Of a stretch of DNA of 64,000 bases, positions 1-13,313 are shown one piece after another. Under the pieces are notes generated by a model. The model was not told the origin of the DNA, ran no database searches, and saw only the letters and a program-made list of their open reading frames with translations. Position 1 is the first letter of the stretch. Every line of letters starts with the position of its first letter. The DNA comes from Marsupella aquatica. Its lineage: Eukaryota > Plantae > Marchantiophyta. Location: assembly GCA_973895155.1 (NCBI GenBank), contig OZ316897.1, positions 2,297,312 through 2,361,311 on the forward strand, given 5' to 3'. The translations under genes were made by a program, and so were the position numbers.

Positions 1-48
1 TTACACCCCTCAGAAAACACCATTTTGTTTATCTTTCTCTTCTCACAT

Positions 49-230
49 TCCACATTTGCTTTAGATGTGGACCTCAGTCCATCACACTAGTGAAGTGTTA
101 ACAAAATGTACTCTTTCTTTTCTTCTTGTTCTTTTTCAGGGTTACATTTGCCTTTTTTTGGGTTTGGTGTTAGTCCCCTTTGGACCTATTTTACTTTCCC
201 TTCATTGTACTTTGTTTTTTCCCTTTTGTT
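49..230 (+). mobile_element. Diverged 3' UTR relic of a CRE-like non-LTR retrotransposon (or derived SINE)
   Basis: ccacatttgct..agatgtggacctcagtccat (50-82) resembles the CRE 3' UTR at 25365-25400 (ccacatttgctaggtatgatgaggacctcggtccat). It is followed by a similar T-rich tract (ggtttggtgttagtcc...ttgtactttg). Confidence 0.45.
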
Positions 231-1008
231 ACAGATTATGGTTCTTTGTCAAAAGAAGATTTTTTGCCATTTTTTTATAAGGTTTTCTGGTTTTTATTGG
301 CAATTTTCTCACCCTAGCCACAAACCCCATTCAGAAAAATCCGACAGTCATCTTTAAATCTAGAAAGATCTAATGGTGAGACAATAATCAAAAGAAACTC
401 AAACTAACAAAATTTCCTTCAAGGGCTGACAATGGTCATCCTGGAGAAAAGGAAAAAATATTTCGCCAGTCTTAAATAGATAAATAATTTGCCATGGTGG
501 CGGCTACAGTATCTTTACTGTATAAATTACCCTCAATACCGGCGAGTAGCTCTACTGTAGAATCAGGGCAATGACTATACAGTACGAAACCACATAAAGG
601 CTAGTTGTATAGTACGGAAATCAAATGGTGAAGTACGGCAAGTTGATAGTAGTGTACCGTACACTTTTGGCGAATCCCACTCCATGTGGATTCCATTGTG
701 GATGGCGAGGGTTTTTCAAAAATTCCTCCCCAGTACTACCGTCTTTTTTTCCAGGTAAACTCTGGCAAAACTTCGTCCGCAATAAGAGGGCTGGCTCGGA
801 GCCGCGAAGCAAGAGCGTACTACAAGTAGAAAGGGGACCATCCCGTTTAGCGCAAAAAAATACTCGACTAGGAGAGCTTTAACCAGGAGAGCTTCAAAAA
901 TACTAACATATTAAATTCAACCTCATAGTTAGATTTGTACATCGGTGATGGAAATGAGTCTCTTGGATATTGCATTATTATGAGAGGAAGAAATTCACGA
1001 GACTCATA

Positions 1009-3410
1009 TTTTCTTCTCCTTTTGCCAGTGTATTGCAGCCGGTCGTTTGCCTCCTCCCGTCTCTCGGCTCTTGAGTGCTTCTCGTTTATTGGCCATGGCT
1101 AAGTCTTCATCGGGTGTTCGGCCAATTGCTATTGGGGAGGTTTTTCTTCAGCTTGTGTCTCGCACACTTTCCTCGCAGTTTCGCTCTGCACTATCGGATC
1201 ATCTCTCTCCACATCAGTTTGCAGTTGGCGTTCCTGGCGGTTGTGAGACAGTTATTACGGGTATTCGAGCTACCTTGGACCTCCACCCTGATTGGGTTGT
1301 CCTCCAGGTTGATGTCTCTAACGCTTTTAATACGGTTTCTCGGGCAGCCATTTTTCGTGCTTTGAGGGCGGCAGATCCAGACATCCAGTCCCTGATCCCC
1401 TTTGTCTGTTGTTTTTATGGACTCGAGGCCCCACTCTTCTATAGTCGTCACTCCTCTACAGGTGTGTATACCACTCTTTCCTCTGCAGAAGGTACTCGTC
1501 AGGGTGACCCTTAGGGTGGGCCTCTTTTTGCCATTGCCCATTTTACAGCTTTATGGGAAGCCGCCATGGCCCACCCCCAGTGTATCTTCCCCTCCCTTTC
1601 AGATGACACCCACATCATTGGTCCTCCTGCCGCGGTTACTTCTACCCTCGCCACTCTTTCCACCCATTTGATGGGCCTCGGTTTACAAGTTCAGCCTGTG
1701 AAGAGTCGTGCATGGAGTCCAGCTGGGTTACCCTTTGATCTTGCGCTTCCCCCAGGGTTCTTACGTCCAGCCGATGGTCTTCGGGTCCTTGGCTCCCCAG
1801 TCGGTACCGCCTCCTTTTGCTCCTCTTTCATCGCTGACTCTCTACAGGCTGCCTTAGCCTCTACTCCTATGCTCCCTAAGTTAGCAAATTCTCAGGCAGC
1901 ATTTGGGATGTTGTTGAGGTGCATCCACCCTCATGCGTCTTATCTGGCTAGGACACATCCCCCTATCGAGGATCTTTGTCTCCACCTTCAAGCATTTGAT
2001 GTCTCCATTCGTCAGACCCTGGCCTCTCTTTTGGGGCCGGGTACGTTGCTCTCATCTCCGTGGCTTCATTGACAACTCAGTCTTCCTATTTCGCAGGGTG
2101 GTTTTGGGCTTACTTTCATTGAGAGCCTTGCACCTTTGGCCTTTTTGGGTGCGTGGGCGGCCCGCCTTCTCATTGTTGGCCGATAATTTTCTTATTGAGG
2201 ATCGCCCTTTTTTACTTTCATCTCTCATGGAGATAGAGGAGGGTTCCCTCCCGTTTCAGGTTCATTTGCGCGTAGCGCGGTCCTCATTACCAGATCCCGT
2301 TCGTGCCGCGTTACCTTCTTTTCAGGAGTTTTTATCCTTGGATCCCATTCGTCTTCAGGCAGACCTCGCTAGGCGTATGCACGCTTTCACCCTTTCCAGC
2401 ATCCTCTCCGAGGCACCTGACACGGACCGAGCTTGGATTCTTTCTTCCGGAGGGAAGGGCGCAGGTGGATGGCTTCAGGCCAATTCCTCATTTGCGGATG
2501 TCTTCAACGGAGTTCTCCACAGCCATGTGTCTTCGTATGGGGCTGCCCCACCCACTTCTTGCAGGTTTACCCCCTTCTTGCACTTGTGGGAAGGTGTCCA
2601 TCTTATTCGGTACAGTTTGGGAGGTGAAACCATTATTGTTCACGACATTGTGCGAGATGCGACTGCTCAGGTTCTCTCTGGCTCAGATTTGGTATTCGTG
2701 CAGCGGGAGGTGGTACTCGAGTTACCTGGTCCTCCATCACAGCGGTTACGGGTGGATCTTACCATGGTCCGTGAGGGTCAACGTACATTGGCAGATGTAG
2801 TGGTGGCAAACCCATTGCGCCAAGACATCATTGGGACAGCAGCAACTACGGCAGGGGCAGCAGCGTCACGTGCGACAACAACGAAGGAGGCCAAATATGT
2901 TGCACGAGCTTCATCCGACAACTTCCTCCCCCTTGCTCTGGAGCTATTTGGGCGTCTTCATCCTCAGTTTGATGGGCTTCTTCGGCAAGCTGCCCGGGAT
3001 GTTCATGGCCGCATGGGTCCCACCGGACCCCCACTTTCTATTTTGACCACGCACTTTCGCTAACGCATTTCAGTCACCTTGCAGCGTGCTCAAGCTCGGG
3101 CCATCTATCGTCGATCTCTTACAGTGGGTGCTAGTGTGCCTCCGCAGCGGCTAGCTCCCCTAGAGGATGTTCCAATCCCACTTGCCGATCTAGTTTTGAC
3201 CCTTGATGTGGACCAGTAGCTTTTTGCCACATTCGCCAGGAATGATGAGGACCTCGGTCCGCTTGGGTTAGTTTTAGTCTCTCTTTCTTGGTTTTTAGGG
3301 GTTCCCTATTGCTCACTTCTTTTTCGATTGGTTTTGTCGACTTGGGCCCTCTTTTGTTTGTTCATTTTTACTCTGATTGGTCCCTTTGTATATAAAAAGT
3401 GTGTATATTT
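1009..3410 (+). mobile_element. 5'-truncated, decayed CRE-clade non-LTR retrotransposon (RT + restriction-like endonuclease), copy 1
   Basis: RT motifs RPIAIGE, HQFAVGVPGGCE, QVDVSNAFN, GTRQGDP, SLSDDTHI. RLE motifs VHD, RVDL, LADVVV, KEAKY, FLPLALE. Colinear with 23129-25590. In-frame stops (1512, 2070, 3061) and small deletions relative to copy 2. Confidence 0.9.
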
Positions 3411-4699
3411 AATATAGGATGATTCTTCCTAGGAAAGGATAGGTCCCCCTAAGTGCAGATCAAAATATGACATATATGATGTGTTTCATTCCTCTATACC
3501 ATGATAAATGTACTTATCTTTTATAAATCAATGAGTGCACACTCTATATTATTATATTTTGATGTGTGATTATCTACAAGGGAAAAGATATTGGAGGGTT
3601 GTTAATTTTATTTTGGTTGACTACAAAGGCTCATTAGTGAGTCTCACATGCAAGAGAATCACATTTTTCTCAAATGAGAAAAAAATTGGTGATATTTTTT
3701 AGTTGCTCTCAGCATATCAGAGCTTGCCACATGAGCTGCTCTATGTCACGTTTATCTTTTGAGCTATTTGAGTTGTATTTGTAGACAGGTTGGTTTATGA
3801 CTACAGCTAGGGAAATTCAAGAATGCAAAACTTTTAATTAAGGATAGATCCCACTGTTGGGACCAGAATTTATGGATATGTAAGTACAACTTATTACTCA
3901 ATGACTCATGAAAGCCTAAAAAAGGATGTCTACAAGGTACTTCTGGACACCAATGAGATCTCCGATGGCTCTAATAACCCAGAATAGGGGCAGTCTACAA
4001 ATCTTACCACTAAATCGGAACAGAACCCAGAGTTGGGTCTACAGTACGATTCTAGAGTGAAGCCTCTACACTGATTACCGTAATTAATCTCACACACAGT
4101 ATTTGGGAACAAAGGTTTTTGAAAACTGTCACCATAATTAATGTGTGTGAGACTATATAAGAAGTGAGACTAAATACATGTTATTCTAAATTAGAGTAAG
4201 TGAGATTATTTTTGGTGACACTCAAATAGTGTGTGATGAACACATATTATGTATATAGCTTATGAAAAGTACAAATATTTCTAGTAGTAAGATATATTTG
4301 CAATGGCATATAAAATTAAAAATGAATGTCAATTGAAAGTCAGATTTTATTAAAGTATGATGAAATGAAAACCATGTTATAAATACAATCAAAATCAAAT
4401 TAGAACTAATGACAATAGACTGAACTCTCTACTTGTACTAATATTTATATTTTTTCAGATTTGTAGTCACACCCTTATTAGTGAGTGTGATACTATTTAT
4501 GCAGGGAGACTATATAAGTTATGATACTAATTACGGTAAATAGTGTAGATCCCTATGGCCCCACCATATTGATGTCCATGGAAAAACAATGAGATGTTTG
4601 GTATCTCAAAAAATGAACAAGCATGCATGATCATTTTTGTCATCATATCTATTCACATGCAAAGAAATTGGCATTCAGGAGAGTTGTTTATTAAGCTGT

Positions 4700-5135
4700 A
4701 CCCAATATTACAAATGTGTCATCCAAGTAAAATTAATTATCAGCTTGTCCCAATTTTGTATTTGGGTTAGTATTAACTGTATAAGGCTCCCATTGCCATG
4801 TGGTAAGTCACTACTGCCTAGCCTTAACCCGGTCGATGTGATCTCCTCCGCCCCCCTTCCCCATTGTAGGGCACAGTCTCAGGTCTGAAGGGGCCAAAAC
4901 ACGTTGTTTTTTGCTCCACACTACCCTCACAAAGATCTGACACTTTGGCCTCATTTTTACTCAGGAAGATGCAGCAGGGAAGGGGGACTGAGGGGGGTCG
5001 CGGCGGGTTAAGCCTAGCCAGTAGCAGCCTGCTACATGGCAATGGAAACCCATATCCAAGTTAATTCTAAGCAAAATACAAAAGGGGGCGGGTTGATAAT
5101 TAATTTTGTTTGAGGGACACATTAGTAATATTGGA
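4700..5135. mobile_element. Fold-back MITE with about 130-bp imperfect terminal inverted repeats
   Basis: 4702-4830 (ccaatattacaaatgtgtc...ccattgccatgt...ctagccttaaccc) is the imperfect reverse complement of 5005-5133 (gggttaagcctag...catggcaatgg...gacacattagtaatattgg). No TSD could be fixed. Confidence 0.75.
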
Positions 5136-5309
5136 TGATTTGGGGGACAAGTTAGTAAAAGTGTAATCTATAATGATCTAGAGTCTACATATGTAAATGT
5201 TGACTAAATCCTCACTAGGCTAATTCTTTATACTAGGTGAATGCCAATCTAGAAGCCTAACCTCCTCCAGTCTTCCCTCCAGGTCCTCCTCTATGTGGGC
5301 CAAAATCTA

Positions 5310-6004
5310 GGCTGAAAGTACAACTACTGATAGTGCAGTTATTCAAAGCATTTATCTTCTAAAAAATAGTGTTAAGGACTAGGTCAACATTGGTGATACT
5401 AGGTTGAGGGGCAATGCCCTTAAACATACGATCAAAACCACTCCTAACACCTACCTGATAATTCTTGTCAGACCTCTCATCATACTTCACAAAATTACCA
5501 TGGACATATACTCCAAGAGCAAAGTCAAATTTCATAAGATTATACATCTCCTTACCACCACGGATGCAAAAGTGATGCAGCAAAAATAACATCACCCTTC
5601 TCTGCAAGCCTTTGGAATGTGAATTAGAGATACTGGACTAAGCCAATATGATAACCTTATCTGCAAAAAGTGACAACAGAGGCTGTCTTCCTGGGCAAGT
5701 TTCACCCTTGCATGCCTTCCCTGATTGAACATTCCATTACTATCTGAATACAGTTAACAATTACCAACTTGAATACCCGCTTGAATAGTGGGGAAGACTG
5801 CATGTCAAACACCGGTTCTTCCCAGTACCTGATTAAATAATGTGCTTGGGAGGCAAAAGTATGTGATGAAGAAGTTGACAGTCGAGTGATGAGAAACGTC
5901 CCGTACAAATTCATCAGCTGGTGATGCTTGTGCATGTGGTATTCTGGCTGGATCAGGATTTTTGTTGGGGAAGCTTGGCTGAGATTCAAACTATGAGTCT
6001 CCAC
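5310..6004 (-). pseudogene. Decayed DUF3504-type tyrosine recombinase (Crypton-like transposon)
   Basis: Joined across frameshifts it reads ...EY...LMNLY..FDMQSSPLFKRV...MECSIREG..RKTASVVT..GLQRRVMLFLLHHFCIRGGKEMYNL..FVKYDERSDKNYQVGV..LYFQPR. This follows the DUF3504 pattern LQxxVFF..FxLRGxxE..L..YxExxSKNxQGG..FYLxP. The C-terminal HxxR/GH/Y part was not seen. Confidence 0.65.
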
Positions 6005-7283
6005 CTTCCTTGCAAAAATCCATCCCAGACATGCAGGACTCCAAAAATCATTATAGATTTAATTTCTCTTGTGTGTATGCAAAAAGTGAAACAATTAAAT
6101 CGCAGCAAGTGAAGGATTACAAAATTGTTGCTCATACCTGTTGGCATCGAGTCCAAGTCATGTGGTCCTTCAAAGTCATCCTGATTTTCATAGTCTGATC
6201 CTGGATCCACACACTAGTAGAAATACCCCCTATGTTTGACCATAAAATACGACTGACTATGACTAAAACCAGTCATCTATGACATTAAATCATTGACGTC
6301 GTTCTTGCAACTAGTAGTCGTAAAAGTGGTGACTTGGATTGACTTAGTCATATTATTGACTAGTGTCAATAGTCTTTTTAGTGACTAGAGGGTCAAGTAT
6401 TTAGATCTATACATCAGTCAAACACAAGTGTTTAGAATGACTTAGTTCGAGTCATATAGGGTTTTCCATGAGTGATTGGTAACACTGATTTGACCGCACT
6501 AGTTTCCGTAGACAATTATGTCATTCATATTTGAGACTGAGTCATTCATGCCACAAAAGCACCAATCCAACTAACAATGGCATAATAACAGAGTAAAAAT
6601 ATGAGCAATCCATCAAAAAACAGATTATTACACAACATCATGTACTCAAAATTGTGGCCATATATTGAAACAATCCTTCACATTTGAGTCTCAAATTGTA
6701 CTTGGTACCTAACACTCTACAAATTTCTCTGGCCACATCACAAATGATTCCACATCATCCACAAGATGGATGTGTGGCGGTCATCTCCCTTGTTTGGAAA
6801 GGGTAGAAGATATTTTGGCTTACTGACAGCAGTCAGTAACAACACAACATGATCAGCAAGTACCTTCTTTCCATGGAAAGTACTTGCTTCAATTTGAAGT
6901 ATGCTCGTCCCAACACAAACACCAGAATTATCAGTTGCCATTAGCCTAGAAGACTGTGCTACAGTGGTCACTGCTGTCCCTTTCGGAGAATTAATATTCC
7001 TCTTCTTCTTTGGTGCCTTGTAAGGCAAAGTCTCCTTCCCACTGTTTCTGGTCCTCATCTTTCCCATGTTCACCAGTGGTGGGGATTGAGAAAACTCATC
7101 TCCAATACCTGGGGAGGCTAAGAGTCTATGAAAACCACATCATTCTCATCACTCTGCTTCTCTTGTGAATCTGAAAATTTGGTAGCCTCTAAGTTTCGTC
7201 TCCTCTTCTTGCCTGCTGGATTTGGCATGCACACCTCCTCCTGTGCTGGCTCTATACCTCAATAGCAGCCACAAATTCCTTCA

Positions 7284-9093
7284 TTAACAACTAAGCATAT
7301 TTGCACTAAAGCTCTCAACAAACCATAAAGTTTGCACTAATTGAACGTACATCGCATAGATACTCAACCACATTAATAGGCCAGACAGAGATTCAGACCA
7401 ACATTTACTTACTCTCAATGATAGTTGTACCAGGTTCGATGATCTTTGGATCTGCTGCAGCCACTGCAATTTGATCACCTGATGCACAATGTAACAAACT
7501 TTGAGGGTCTAGAACCTGAACCTGAACCATCCTGCACCCATGAACCTCAAATTCCCAGGTAAAGTCATGGTACACTAAACATGATTTCAGATGACACATA
7601 CCACTCTTCTTTGTAGGCACAACTTCCTCAATATTTGCAGGCTCATGTAATGGATGTGCAATTGGGTGCTCAACCCTGCTAGCAATGTGCATCGCCCGCA
7701 ACTCACGTAATTCAGCTTGTACTTCCCTTAAGGTTGATCCTTGGCTTTGAAGAAGACTGGCTATGTCCTTGAATTGACTCTTCATCTCAGTCTCGACTGA
7801 TGGCCAAGCATTCTCCATAGTCTTCAACCGGTCTGATATCTCTGTAAGGGTAGACACTGCTCCCTGCTATATATGACATACACCAACCAAATGGCTCTTC
7901 TCAGCAATTTTACAATTGCATAAGGGCTGACAATACTGTGCATCTAAAGAAAGACTATACAACAGATTGTCCATCAATAATGCTCCTAAATTACATGTTT
8001 AGATCCAACGTTGCCTTCATCACACTTTACCCTTTTGATTTCTGCCACAACCTCCTCTTTTGTGGGTTTCTCTCTAGTAAGCTTTTTCTGGAGCACATAA
8101 ACATTGCAAGACACGTTTCTCAATGTCAATCTTGCCTAAACGTACCATGTTGCTACAACTACATACAGTCAACTCCAATATTGAAATGTAAATACAGATT
8201 TGTATGGCATGGGAACCCAACCAATTTGGCTACTACTGGTGCATGTCCTCCCCTCCCTGTAAGCGTAGGATTCTTCACTGCATTTCTAGCAACAATCATT
8301 TGTGCAGACTTCTCCTTTCCTGCCCTAGACAAGAATGTCCCTCTCAGTCAAGCCCATTGTTCTACATGAACACTTGGGGGTGCTTCAGCATGTGGTTTAC
8401 TGCCATCAGCAATCCATGCTTTGTGCAATCAATGCCTCTCTGTTTTCATGATAGTTCGTCCATACTCTGCAAGACAATCAGCACTGACCCCTTTCCCCAA
8501 ATTCCCCAAATATTCCCATTTGTCTCGCATATATTTGCAAACCAGTTCCAAGTCAGATGGATGTTGACAATTAAAGTTAGTACAGCTAATGTCCACCCAT
8601 CGTAGACACTCCATTCGCAGGTCATTGTGCCATCTATTCTTTCCAGCACTCATCGTTGTGATCCGGCCTTCATCATCAACTTTGACAGTACCCAGCTTCA
8701 CATTCTCACCTCTCCCAGTGCTCCCTGACGCACTACTTGGTGTTGCAAATCCAGGAGTTCCTCCCCCATGGCCTGCGCGGGGTGTGATAGGGTTATCTGA
8801 AAAGAGAAACGCAATTAACACCATTAATATCATATGGTCTTTGTGAATTACCTGATTTAAATACTTTACTTACAACTGCTGTAGAAAATACCTCCTCCCC
8901 TCTGCAGAGTCTCTCTCCGTTGGATTGAAGGTGCTGGTGCTAGTGCTAGTGCTGGGTTCCCACCATACCCACCATAACCTTGCCATCCTGTCCCCATTGG
9001 ATGAGGACCTCCCATGAATTGCCCCGATGGCCCCATTGATCCTCCTTCATACATATTTGTGGGCTGCATACGGTCCCACATTGGGTCTGCCAC
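7284..9093 (-). pseudogene. CACTA TnpA-like (ORF2) spliced coding region, interrupted by stops
   Basis: Same strand as and downstream of TnpD. Segment ...QWA*LRGTFLSRAGKEKSAQMIVARNAVKNPTLTGRGG resembles the Ptta/Transposase_24 region, followed by a coiled-coil-like exon (7405-7857). GT-AG introns are visible. Confidence 0.6.
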
Positions 9094-10036
9094 TCACATC
9101 AGACCAGGCAAATTGTCATACTCAGACCCACATCTATTGAGGAACACAAGCAGCCAATTGCAGCTCAAAATACACTTGTCCACATTCATGAAACAAATTC
9201 AAATGTTCACACTTACTTGGCCAACTAGGACCCATATAGCTGGCAGAAGGGCCTACACCCATAGACCCGCCATAGTTATTGCCCCCTATCGTGCTTGCGG
9301 CCAGTTATAGTTGGGGGCATTAAATTGCGGGTTATTGCAATTGTTGTTGCTCGGGGCTTGGGCTGAGTATACAGAGGGCGTTGGTCGAGATCTCATAGAA
9401 GTTCCCCCAGTTGCCTTACTGCAAGCAGGCTTTGGTGGAGGGGTAGGATTTGGCATGTCATCATCCGATGACATGCTAGCACTTGCATTCGGATCTTGGT
9501 CAGGATCATATTCTGTATCACCACCATTAGGCATGCAATCCTCTACCTCATTCTTATCAGGAGATTCAGCCATTGAAATAGGGGTCTTTGAAGTCAACCT
9601 CTCACTGCGTCGCCTAGGTCCGTCAGGATTATAAAAGGTCTTCCGTCTACAATGACTCCGCTTCGACAGTGTTGGGATACTTTTGTTACTGCAACACCCA
9701 CATGAAATTCGACACAGGTTATGAATGTAGTAGTCCATTACAGAAGCTACACAATGAACAGACGCACACAACGACATACGCACATAGCTCATACTATGCA
9801 CAGTCCCTTACATATCCGAAGTAGCCTCTTGCACATCACCCAACAAGGCTGCGGCACATTGCTGAACCCATGCTCGGTGTTTGACAGCCTGCTTCTCATA
9901 CTCACACATGCCATTTTCGTTTGGCATCCTACTCACCAAGTTACTGCGGTTGCACAAACAAGTCATCCATTTATTGCTCATATTTGCTACTCATTGCACT
10001 TCAAAGAGTCACCTACTCACAACAAAACAGATCCAT

Positions 10037-12748
10037 CTACTCATCATCTTTGTCCATCTCAGCTTCAACCTCTCCCTCATAAGTCTGTCTCACTGTCAAG
10101 GGGATGTACTCCCTGGTCCCCTGGCCCCGATGTACAACGTCTACTGCCGACTGTTCAAAGGCCCCATGTGCATCCAAACTGAACTCTATTTTAGTACCCT
10201 CCATCCTTCGAACTCTAGGTGAGCTATGGTAGACTACACACCAACCACGAGACTCCTCCACATCTAAAAAAACACTTGCTCAACTTGACTTGGGAACATA
10301 AAAGGCTCCATCCATTCTACCAGTCTTTGGTTAAAATTGACCATTAGAAAGCCATCCATATCCCGTTTCATGGTCGCTCTTGGCCCATGCCAATCTGGCT
10401 TCACCCATGAACCTTTCATTAGGATGATTTGTTGTGATATGTTCCCATAATTCAGTGCCCAGATGTCTGCCAACTCCCCGACATATCCCATCTCCATGCA
10501 GCCCCTATTGTTCTGAGCATCTATATGCTCAAACACAGATATTACCCCCGAATTATATGTCACTAAATGCTTGTCCTCATCATCATGCACACGGTACTGA
10601 TTCCCATATGCTTTCATCCGTTTATACCGCTGTACAATACGCCTGAGAGGCACAGACAAGAGGAGAACATCTCTATCCATGTTTGGGTTCTGCCTGCTAT
10701 GCTCTTGAATTGTTGTCCTGATCCACTCAGGAAAAGTAGGGAATGGCTGGTGATTTAACCCTAATTGGGCGGCCTTCTGCACATTATATTCCTTGCATAC
10801 AATGATGACAATGAGAACAATTTCTCAATACAATGTACATATCCTACCAAAATGGATATGAATAAAGAAGGAATGCAGGGAGGGTGCGGAAACATGAGTA
10901 CTCACTGCCACCAAGGTTGCATCATGACTGTATTGTGTAACACATATAAGTGTGTTGCATCACGAACTTCTACAGACAATTGTAGGGAAGTAAAAGCGCC
11001 TTGAAGAACCTCTCCAGCCACCCCCTCTTCTTCCTCAGCATCCCACACCCTGCTCGTAACACTGTCTACACCAGCCATGTATTCTGTTAGGAACCCCAAG
11101 GTCTCTTCTTGAATGTAACCGAGAGCCATGCTTGCTTCAGGCCTATAATAAGTACGTCCATGGCCTTTTAGCAACTTCATGTACCGTTCCATTGGATACA
11201 TCCACCTTGTACTCACTGGGCCATAGTGGCCCAGATCTTCAACCGCATGGATGATCAAATGAGTCATGACATCAAAAAATGCTGGCGGGAAATAGATCTC
11301 CAAGTCACAAAGCACACGCACAGTATTTGCCTTTAATTGAGGAAATGTTGTAGGGTCCCACACCTTCACACAAATACGGCGAAAGATCTGACACAGTCTC
11401 AAAATGACATTGCGAACTGGTTTTTGCATCAATCCCCTCAGACATACTGGTAGAATGTCTTGCATCATAACATGGAAGTCATGAGTTTTCATGCTTCCCA
11501 ACTTCTTCTTCCTTATATGCTTTGCAAAGGCTCCAGCATACCTAGAGGGTACTCTGAACAAACTCAGCCTAGACAAAACTGTGTTCCACTCGTTCTGGGT
11601 GCAAACATATGGAGCTTGGTACTTGAATACCACACCCGACCTATTTTGGGATTCTTGCAGCCAAAGCTGAGGACAAATGCCCTTCTCCTGAAGGTCCTTT
11701 CATACTGCTGCAGTATCATTGTCCCCTGACAAAAACTTCAAAAGACTTTCGCATACATTCTTCTCAATGTGCATTACATCAATGTTATGTTTGCTTGGTT
11801 CAAAATCCTGCACCCATGAAGTACGCATGATTGCCACAATTAGGTTCACTAGACACAATAACTAAAAACTGTTGTACAGGTGAATATGCAAATGTTACCT
11901 TCCAATACTCCAATGATGTGTCCATGATTGTCTGCCTTTTGATGCCATGAGTCTTTGCTGGGTCGTCTGGCACGTCTCTGGAAGCACCATATTCATCGTA
12001 AGACACCTTGTTCAGTCCCCACTGCAGAAGTTGATCTCTACTAACCAACAGAGGAGACTCTCGAAGCTACCTCTGGTTGTTGAAGCGGGCTATGTGGGAT
12101 GGCCTGTGCCTGAAAGGGTGGTTGGTAGGAAGATATCGCCTGTGGCCCATGAATTTGATACTGCCCAAGGAAGCGGACCGTTCAGATGTAACATCTGGAC
12201 CACATCGTGTGCAACCCAGATATCCCTTCCCTACCTGCCCAGATATCATGCTATGGCCAGGGTAGTCTGCTATCAAATTAACACACATTGCACGTAGGTT
12301 GAATGTCCTCGGTCTACCAGGTCCACAAAGTGCATCAACTGTCATAACTCCATGTGTCCATAGAATAACCCATTCCTCCACAGCAAGGGCCAACCAAACA
12401 TCTATGTTTGCACTTATAGCAGAGTTTTGGCCGGGAATCATAAGACACAAGATCACAAAAAAATGCTTGGTGGATATCCAAGGCGGGAGATTATAATTTA
12501 TCAAAGTCACTGGCCAGCAAGAATACACGCACGTTGTTCTTGTCTCCAAATGGATTAGCACCGTCGAGGCTTAGACCAAACCTCACATTTCTGCTCTCTA
12601 CTGCAAAGTCCAACCACTTCTCATCTATGTACTTCCAATGGTTGGAATCTCCAACGTGACGTTGAAAACCATCTGTACTCTTGTGATCAGAGGTCCAAGT
12701 CATCATCTTAGAAATGGATGGACACCTATAGAGGCGCTACAATCTTGG
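10037..12748 (-). pseudogene. CACTA TnpD transposase (Transposase_21, DUF4218, DUF4216), with stops and frameshifts
   Basis: Motifs PRL*RLYRCP, RNVRFGLSLDGANPF, WPVTLINYNLPPW, LIADYPG, HNIDVMHIEKN, MKTHDFH, FPPAFFDVMTHL, RWMYPMERYM, EPFMFPSQVEQVFF. The DDE residues are present. Introns at about 11808-11898 and about 10795-10903. Confidence 0.95.
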
Positions 12749-13313
12749 ACTGAGGTGTATGGAGGTGGCAATACAAAAACCACCTATCAACCCCGTGTGC
12801 AGAGTGGGAATAAATTTGGCGGTCACATGCATACCCTTCTGCCTGAAGGGCTAGTAAACACTCATGGTGCCAGGCTGTGGGACATCTGGGACAATGGACC
12901 ATGTCTATCCAGTAGTCATCATCAGGCTCCCCACAAGCAGGACAAATATGTAGTGGGCAAAGAGAGTTATCATGGGGCAGGCATGTCAAACAAAAAAAAC
13001 AAACACAAAACCTATCAAGACATTTCCGCAACTCTGGTTGATCCCCCCCAATAGTGTCGGTTGTGCCACATTGAGCACACTTGCTAGTATTAGTGGCACA
13101 ATCAAAGCAGGTCCAAGCACCCCGATGGTCCCCCCGGAGCCCAACCCCAGGGCATGTATTCTGTGGTGCATAAGTGGACCAGGAATTGACATGGAATTGT
13201 CTCAGGCAGGGGCCATCACACATGACCAGGTCACCTCCATCGTCACAAATGGCACAAACATGAGCGGCTTTCGGATGAATTTGTGCATTGGACCAATGAT
13301 GATGTCTACTCAT
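12726..13313 (-). CDS. EDM2/NSD-like triple PHD-finger protein carried inside the CACTA element
   Basis: Open frame (ATG at 13313, about 195 aa) with CAICDDGGDLVMCDGPCLRQFH..C..WTCFDC, CAQC..C..C..FFCLTC..CPLH and CPAC..CPRCPTAWHHECL..LYCHLH. This is the same order and spacing of Zn ligands as the three PHD fingers of plant EDM2. Confidence 0.8.
   Translation of the reverse strand: MSRHHHWSNAQIHPKAAHVCAICDDGGDLVMCDGPCLRQFHVNSWSTYAPQNTCPGVGLRGDHRGAWTCFDCATNTSKCAQCGTTDTIGGDQPELRKCLDRFCVCFFCLTCLPHDNSLCPLHICPACGEPDDDYWIDMVHCPRCPTAWHHECLLALQAEGYACDRQIYSHSAHGVDRWFLYCHLHTPQSKIVAPL

Noticed and set aside
1000-1012. TSD for CRE copy 1 (atattt at about 1005 and about 3405)
   Set aside because: A six-base AT-rich match that overlaps element sequence is not distinguishable from chance.
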